Assembly: GCF_009914755.1 (NCBI RefSeq)
Contig: NC_060940.1
Reading direction: 5' to 3' (one strand)
From: the human T2T-CHM13v2.0 reference genome, Homo sapiens
Length of the DNA stretch: 64,000 nucleotides
The notes below the pieces were generated by a model. That model had not been told where the DNA came from, searched no databases, and was given only the letters and a program-made list of their open reading frames with translations. Numbering within the stretch: the stretch's first letter is position 1; every line of letters starts with the position of its first letter. Shown piece after piece: positions 55,819-64,000 of this stretch. A program made the translations under genes and the position numbers.

Positions 55819-56654
55819 GGTATTGATTTGATTCACCAATTATAGCAAATGCACCACACCAATATAAAATATTAATAATTGGGAAAATTATGAGCAGAAT
55901 GAGAAGGAGTATGTGGAAACTCTCCTTTTTCTGTTCAATTTTGCTGTAAAATTACATATGTTTAAGAAACAAAGTCTATTAAAAATGTAGTTCCTTTCTT
56001 ATGCAAACCATATTTCAATCAATAGTCACACTGTATTGGACACTGCAGATGTAGAACATTCTAATCATCTCAGAAAGTTCATTTGAAAGACACTATTAGA
56101 CCATTAGCATTTAATGTGTTTATCAATATGGTTGGCTTCAGTCTACCACTTTGCTATTTGTTTCTGTTTTCCCTTCATTCTTTTTTTCTCTTTCTGTGCA
56201 TTTTTTCTTTACCTAATGGGGCATATTTGTAATTCATTTTATTTTCATTGTTAATTAGCTATTATTTTGTGTTAAGTGGCTTCTCTACAGTTAACAATAT
56301 AAATCTAACTTTCCACAGTCTATTTTCAGATAATAGTATGCCATTTAACATACAATGTACAACTTAGAAAAATATAGCTTACAATCAAAGTTTATCATAA
56401 TGAATTTTATGTACAACTTACAATGTACTTCTATTCCATCCACACCTATTTGCACTATTGTTGTCATATATTTTACTATTTTCTATGTTATAAGCCTCAT
56501 AATATATTCTTATTAGTTTTGCTTTAAAGATTTACATATATATATATTTTAATTTTTTTTTCAGTAATGCTACTTCATTGCTTGATTTCATTCCAAGAAA
56601 GAAACACAGCATACAATTACAAAGTGGGTTTGTGTCCTGGATGATAAGAACTGA

Positions 56655-56970
<316 letters not shown>

Positions 56971-57549
56971 TCAGTTTTATTTTGACAGGAACAATGTCTC
57001 ATGGTCTTTGTATCGCAGCTTAATGTTTTGGAATTATATAGTGGTGATAGTTGTACAGTTTTGTGACTATACTAAAAATCACTATTATACACTTCAAAGG
57101 GGGGTGAATTTTACATAGATTAGATCTGAATACTTTTAAAAACACTTCTGCAACATTGTATGCTAAAATTATATTTTAAAAAATTGTAGTGAGGAAAATT
57201 ATGTTTTATTCATCCACATTCATCTTTTGTGTTCTTCATTCCTATTTCCTGCTTTCATATACTTTCTGCATTATTTTTTCCATATTCTGTAATATTCTGA
57301 TGACATACTTTTGCAATTTAAAAAAAGTCTCTTGGGTAAAAAATTCTCTCAGCTTTTGTTGTCTAAGAAATTGTTAGTTTTGCCTTTAATTTTAAAGGCA
57401 ATTTTAATGAACTATAGAATTCGAACACCCTTTTTTCTTCTAGCATTTTAAATACATTTTTCCATTATCATGAACTGTTTCTGAGAGGATTATAATTTTT
57501 CTTTTTATTCTGTGCTAAATGTTTTCTTCTTCTTTCTGGGTTCTTATAA

Positions 57550-57877
<328 letters not shown>

Positions 57878-59297
57878 TAATCTTTGATTTTCATGAATCT
57901 GAATATAATGTGTCTTCCTGCAATCTTCTTTGTTTTTATTCTTCATAGGTTTTCCTGAGCCTCTTAGATGTGTGATATTTTAGTATTAATTATAATTGGA
58001 AAACTTTTAACCTTATCTCCTTCTCCGTTTTGCCTGGTACCTCAAATATATGTAGGTTAAACCACTTAATATGGTCATATGGTCCCAATAGTCACTGATG
58101 CTCTATATTTTTTCTTCCACTTTTTTCTTTTCTTTTTTCTTTTTTTTTTTTTTTTTACATAACTAGTATTTTCTTCTGCAGCATCTAAGCTTCAGTTTAG
58201 TGCATTTAAAGAATTTTTAATCTGACATATAGTATTTTTCATTTCTCCAAGTACCTATTTACTTTATAGCTTGCATTTCTTTCTTCTTTACATTTATGTT
58301 TTATTTTTAATCATTGCATATATTCATAACTTTTAAAATCCTTATCTTCTAGTTATACTGTGCCTGTCGTTTCTGTGTCTGTGTCCATTGACTGATTTTT
58401 CTCCTAGTTACTGGTCATATGTTATTCCTTCTTCAGGTGTCTTATAGTGTTTTGGTAAACTTTCTTATTTACACACTTATTTACCATTTCTGATGGGCTT
58501 TATTTTTATATGCCAACTGGACTATTTTTCCATATTATGAAGAACTTTCTTAATATTTTTAAAATATAAGTCCTTTTATAAAAATTACTCTCTCAGTTTT
58601 GGTCTGAAATATTTTTTCTGTCTGGATATTGTGAGTATTATGTTTCTAAATGCTAGATTTTGTTGTTTTTCTTTAAAATCTTTTGATTTAGTTCTGGCAG
58701 ACAGTAAACAGTAAATTTTCATTAAGCAGATCAGCTCGATCCTTTTGAAATTTATTTTTAAGCTTTTTTAAGGACTGCACAGACAAGACTTTATTGCTAG
58801 CTTTTCTCTAATCCTCAGGAATGAGTCAGAGGGTGGGGGGCAGATCAACTAAATACTCTGAGGGTTCAATGAGGTTTTCTCGCTCTGACTTTCAGAACTG
58901 AAATTTTTTCCAGCCCTGTTCAGATATGTGGGAATTTTTAAACATGCAGATCTGTAGTAATTATTTTCCTAGGATACCAGGTCACAAACATATTACCTCT
59001 CTTTAATGTCCAGCTCAGCTGAGAGTCTTCAGAAACTTTCAAAAGGAATAGAACTAGTTTGTACAACCTGAAGCTTATATCATCTGGATTCCTTTTCAAA
59101 TTGCAAAATAAAAATTAGGTAAGGAAGTATGAGTTTTAGGATGTGAAAATAAGTCATTAAAAGCTAAAAGGTTAATATACTGACAAATATTATTGACATT
59201 ACTGAATCCATGAAGTAGCATAATACATTAAATACTACTTTAAAATTTTACCTACCATTTCATCTGTGTACTTTGACCACCTCATTATATAACATAT

Positions 59298-60091
59298 TTT
59301 TGATAGCATCAGTGAGATATAATTAATATGTCATATCGATTTAATGTATACAATTCAATAGTTTTTATTATGTTCTCAAAGTTACACAACCATTATTATA
59401 ATCAATTTTAGAACAACTTCAGCACCCTCCAAAGAAATCCACTACCTACTAGCACTGTCTTCCCAAATCTCCCCCACTTCTCTGTCCATGGGCAACCACT
59501 ATAGATTTGCCTATTTCACATTTTTATATAAATAGAATCATACAATATGTGGTCTTTTGTAACTAGCTTCTTTCACATAGCATAATATTTTTAAGATTCA
59601 TCCATGACTTAGCATGCATCAGTTCTTCATTCTTTTTTTGCCAAATAAGAATACCACATTATTTAAGCCATTCATCAGCTTATAAACATTTGGGTTATTT
59701 CCACTTTTTGGCTGTTATCATAATGCTGCTATTAATATTCATGTACACGTTGTGTGTAGACATATGTTTTTATTTCTCTTGGGTACATACCTAGGAGTGA
59801 AATTGTTGGCCCATATGGTAACTCTATGTTTAACATCTTTAGGAGACTGTAAGACGGTTTTCAAAAGCTGCTGTATAATTTTACTCCCACAAACAGTGTG
59901 TGAAGGTTCTGACATCTTCATATACTCACAAGAATTTGTGATTGTCTTGTCTTTCTGATCATTATAGTGGGTGTAAAGCAGTATCTCATTGTGGTTTTGA
60001 TTTGCATTTCCCTGATGATCAGTGATGTTGAGCATCTTTTCATGTGCTGAATGACCATTTATGTATCTTATTCAATGACACATCTATTCAG
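59298..60091 (-). mobile_element. 5'-truncated L1MB-like element
   Basis: L1MB 3' end (TGAGATATAATT..ATCAATTTTAGAACA..AATAGAATCATACAATATGTGG); candidate TSD ATAACATAT at 59289-59297 and 60092-60100. Confidence 0.85.
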
Positions 60092-62175
60092 ATAACATAT
60101 GTTAATATTTTTATATAGAAAGAACAGACATCACCAATTATATATTCTAGCATATTTGATTTTTTAATTGATATTTGGGATGTATAAAACATGAAGTTTC
60201 AAATGTAAACATCTTGCTGCATGGAATACTGCTACCTGTTTTCATCCTCAGATTCAGGGATTCTAATAAATTGCATCCCATGTGGTTTATACCAAATTAT
60301 CTATCCATGTGTCTACCTATTTTTCATTCTATATATTTAAATATTAATACTAGATTCCTAATAGAAGAGAGGATTCATTTAACCAGACATTGGTGAGAAT
60401 TGAATTTTGTACTTCCATTTTGTATTATAGTGTTTGAGTAATTTAATATTTCATGGACTAGCTTCTGGATCCACATATTTACAACCTTTCCTCTCCCCCG
60501 TGCCCACACACTTTGAGTGCTAGGATTCATAAGCTCCATTCATATTATGATATAGCATTTGTCCCTTCACCTTTGTGGGGTAATGTCAGACAAATCAGCA
60601 AAGTTTGCATAAGGAATATTCCTGGAAGCTATTCCTATAATAGAAAGCCAAAACTAGCCTAATTGTATTCTGACACAATGGTAAATCACATAAATACATT
60701 CTATTTATATATAAATTAAATAAATTCTCAATTCAATTTCCCCTTAGATGGATGACAACAGAGAGTTTAATACTACCTGACGTGAGATAAAGTGTGATGC
60801 AGGACAAGTCAGAACAGAAAGAGAAATGATCTTAATCAATTGTGGTCAAAATATTTTCATTTTAAGCATTTTACAAAATTGTAAGACAATGTGATAATAC
60901 TGCAGAAAAATACTGACACAGACATATTCTATATGTCCTAGTACTAGAAGTATGTGGGCAATGAGCAAGAAATCCAGACTATTCCAAGAACTTATTAAAT
61001 ATCAAGACTTTTTTTTAATGCATCTGACCCCCAGGAATGACCACAGTCCCTAAAATATTATTGACACCCAAATGAACAATGAGTTTGGTTTATGTTTTAT
61101 TTAAAAGAACTCAAAGATAGGGGCTTCTTATCAGAAAGCAGGACAGAAGCAATATCCAGATTAACTCCTTTTAAATTACAATTAACATAAAGAAAGTGAA
61201 AAAAATATGCATATTCTGTTGAATATTTACTATATGCCAACCAAATTATTAGGCATTTTACTCACATATTTGATCTTAGAACTTCATGAATATTGTTAAT
61301 GTTGTTTTGTTGTGGTTTTTATTGCTAGTATTATTATTATTTCATCATCATATTTTACTATTTTAATTATATGACAAGAAAATTATGGACAAAGAGATGA
61401 AACAACTTGCTCAATGTCTCCTAACTTACATGCTATGGAGCAAAATTCATGAATATCTCTCACTCAAAAGCCAATGTTCAAAAGAATGTGCAGTGAAACT
61501 TACACTTTTTTCTTCAAAGTCCAACAAATATACCAAAAAGTAGATGAATACATTTGTAGTTTAACAAATAATTATAATGAAAAAATTCTATATAACCATT
61601 ATTTAAGTCAAGAAATTGATTATTGGAAGTTCTCATATACTTTTACCTGATAGACTCATTGCTTCCCGATAAAAGTAAACATCATCATGAATTTTGTAAT
61701 AATTTATTTTTTTCTTTCTTGATTTATCAATGATAAACAAATAGTATATTGGTTGTATATTATCTATAAGTGATTTATTAATCTACTAATATAGTATACA
61801 TTTTACTATTTTAAACTTTACATAAGTGGAATCTTTATATATTTATACTCTATGCCTTCCTTCTTTTGCCAGTCTAAAGTAAACGAGAGTTATTTTGTGA
61901 TAGGTAACTAAAGTTATTCATTTTCAATGCTATCTTATACCAAATTTATGTAAATATATCAACATTTATTCACACATTCTACTGCTGATGAATCTTTTGG
62001 CCCTTGCTTGGCCATTATAGAAATTGTTATGAGCATTCATATACATATACTGTCGTATAGGTGCAAAACTTTCTCGAAAGGATGTCGTTAGGAATGATGG
62101 ATCAAAGATTAAACATGTACAAAGTTACTAGATCATGTCAAACTCTTCCAAAATGATTGTGAATGATGGCAACTG

Positions 62176-62407
62176 TTTTTCTTCCTTTTCTCCTCCACTC
62201 CATTTCTTCCTTCCCTTCCCCCTTCCCTTCCTTCCTTCCCTTCCCTCCATTTCTTCCTTCCCTTCCTTTTTCTTTCTTTTCTTCCTTCATTCCTTCTTTC
62301 CCTCCTTCCTTCCCTTCCTTCCTTCTCTTTCTTTTCTTCCTTCATTCCTTCTTTCCCTCCTTCCTTCCCTTCCTTCTTTCTTTCCTATCTTCCTACCTTC
62401 TTTTCTC
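62176..62407. repeat. (CCTT/CTTT)n polypyrimidine tract, about 230 bp
   Basis: Direct reading; accounts for the F/S/P/L-rich and E/G/R/K-rich ORFs. Confidence 0.95.
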
Positions 62408-62706
62408 CACAGAAATCATTTTCTCATTACCATTGTTTTTATAACTGCACCATCACCTGTTGAGAAATCCCTCTTATTGATGGTGTCCTCTTTGTCAATT
62501 AGTGTGCCCCATCCCAAGTGGATGGAGTACAGAAACCAACATAAATCAATTAGACATCAATTTGCAAGTGAGTGGAGCTGTTGCCTCTTGGATTACATGC
62601 CAAAGGGACAAGATTTATGGATGTTGGTAGAACTCCTCTCCATCACATAGAGAGGTTGGGTCTTTTCTGCTTTAGAAGAAGATGAGCTCAATAGAAGCAC
62701 AAACAA

Positions 62707-63798
62707 AAAAACCAAAAGCAATGGCAACAAAAGCCAAACTCGACAAATGGGATCTAATTAAACTAAAGAGCTTCTGCACAGCAAAAGAAACTACCATCAG
62801 AGTGAACAGGCAACCTACAAAATGGGAGAAAATTTTCACAACCTACTCATCTGACAAAGGGGCTAATATCCAGAATCTACAATGAACTCAAACAAATTTA
62901 CAAGAAAAAAACAAACAACCCCATCAAAAAGTGGGCAAAGGACATGAACAGACACTTCTCAAAAGAAGACATTTATGCAGCCAAAAAACACATGAAAAAA
63001 TGCTCACCATCACTGGCCATCATAGAAATGCAAATCAAAACCACAATGAGATGCCATCTCACACCAGTTAGAATGGCAATCATTAAAAAGTCAGGAAACA
63101 ACAGGTGCTGGAGAGGATGTGGAGAAATAGGAACACTTTTACACTGTTGGTGGGACTGTAAACTAGTTCAAACATTGTGGAAGTCAGTGTGGCAATTCCT
63201 CAGGGATATAGAACTAGAAATACCATTTGACCCAGCCATCCTATTACTGGGTATATACCCAAAGGACTATAAATCATGCTGCTATAAAGACACATGCACA
63301 CGTATGTTTATTGAGGCATTATTCACAATAGCAAAGACTTGGAACCAACCCAAATGTCCAACAATGATAGACTGGATTAAGAAAATGTGGCACATATACA
63401 CCATGGAATATTATGCAGCCATAAAAAATGATGAGTTCATGTCCTTTGTAGGGACATGGATGAAATTGGAAATCATCATTCTCAGTAAACTATCACAAGA
63501 ACAAAAAACCAAACACCGCATATTCTCATTCATAGGTGGGAATTGAACAATGAGAACACATGGACACAGGAAGGGGAACATCACACTCTGGGGACTGTTG
63601 TGGGGTGTGGGGAGGGGGGAGGGATAGCATTGGGAGATATACCCAATGCTAGATGACAAGTTAGTGGGTGCAGCGCACCAGCATGGCACATGTATATATA
63701 TGTAACTAACCTGCACATTGTGCACATGTACCCTAAAACTTTAAGTATAATAATAATAAAAAAAGAAAATATTTCTAATAAAATGTTTTACTCCTGTA

Positions 63799-63818
<20 letters not shown>
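62707..63818 (+). mobile_element. 5'-truncated young L1PA (PA2-like) with a double poly-A end
   Basis: ORF 62944..63546 is the ORF2p C-terminus; diagnostics GCATTGGGAGATATAC, GCTAGATGAC, TTAGTGGGTGCAGCGCACCAGC; first A-rich tail ~63748-63764, second A21 at 63798-63818. Confidence 0.97.
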
Positions 63819-63829
<11 letters not shown>

Positions 63830-64000
63830 AGACAGAGAGATGGAGACAGGTCTGAGTACCTAATTCTAGTTCTTGATATTCTATTATGTACAGTTTTTAC
63901 TTTGTAGTGGGAAGTCCAAAATGGTCTTTAAACCACAGTCAGCCCACAGGAACACTCATTCAGCTGGGTGACACTGTGGTGTAAAATGTGGAACTTCATC

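Larger units (their letters stand above)
54189..55986 (+). mobile_element. 5'-truncated L1MC (MC2-like)
   Basis: ORF2 3' region (AACTTCTGCTCTGTGAAA; ORF 55010..55321 WKQPRCP..LWYIH..EYYS) and 3' UTR AAAACCCACAGAACTATACAGCACAAAGTGAACCC..AAAGTCTATTAAAAA. Confidence 0.85.
54105..56097 (-). mobile_element. MER3-like hAT MITE split by an L1MC insertion (pieces ~54105-54188 and ~55988-56097)
   Basis: TGTGGCTATTTAAAT..AATTAAATAAAATTTTAAATTC before; GTATTGGACACTGCAGATGTAGAACATT..AGAAAGTTC after. Confidence 0.7.

Noticed and set aside
62944-63546. 200-aa open ORF with a Cys-rich motif
   Set aside because: C-terminus of L1 ORF2p in a truncated copy; open only because the insertion is young.

Overview
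Primate (almost certainly human) AT-rich non-coding genomic DNA, either intergenic or deep intronic. I cannot support any host protein-coding exon, RNA gene, CRISPR array or prokaryote-type system. The window is dominated by interspersed repeats: about nine Alu copies or fragments (Y, S and J types, mostly on the minus strand); young L1PA pieces (a 1.8 kb L1PA5-like copy, a 1.1 kb L1PA2-like copy, an L1PA7-like piece and two ~80-125 bp micro-insertions with perfect TSDs); several long decayed L1M elements, one apparently full length at ~16570-27339; MaLR/ERVL LTRs, including a complete MLT1A-type LTR-int-LTR element with an intact 5-bp TSD; hAT MITEs (MER33, MER3); MIR/L2 fragments; and many micro- and minisatellites. 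The ORFs I can assign are L1 ORF1/ORF2 or MaLR remnants, Alu read-through or simple-repeat artefacts; the rest are short and unassignable. The most notable observations are structural: an L1 with an apparent 3' transduction (second AATAAA plus poly-A), an L1-Alu chimera joined at a 4-nt microhomology, a palindromic 29-bp VNTR next to an inverted duplication, an AluJ split by foreign DNA, deep element nesting, and a few repeat-free islands that may be regulatory or lncRNA exons. Subfamily names come from recalled diagnostic motifs and need RepeatMasker/Dfam confirmation. Boundaries of old elements are approximate.
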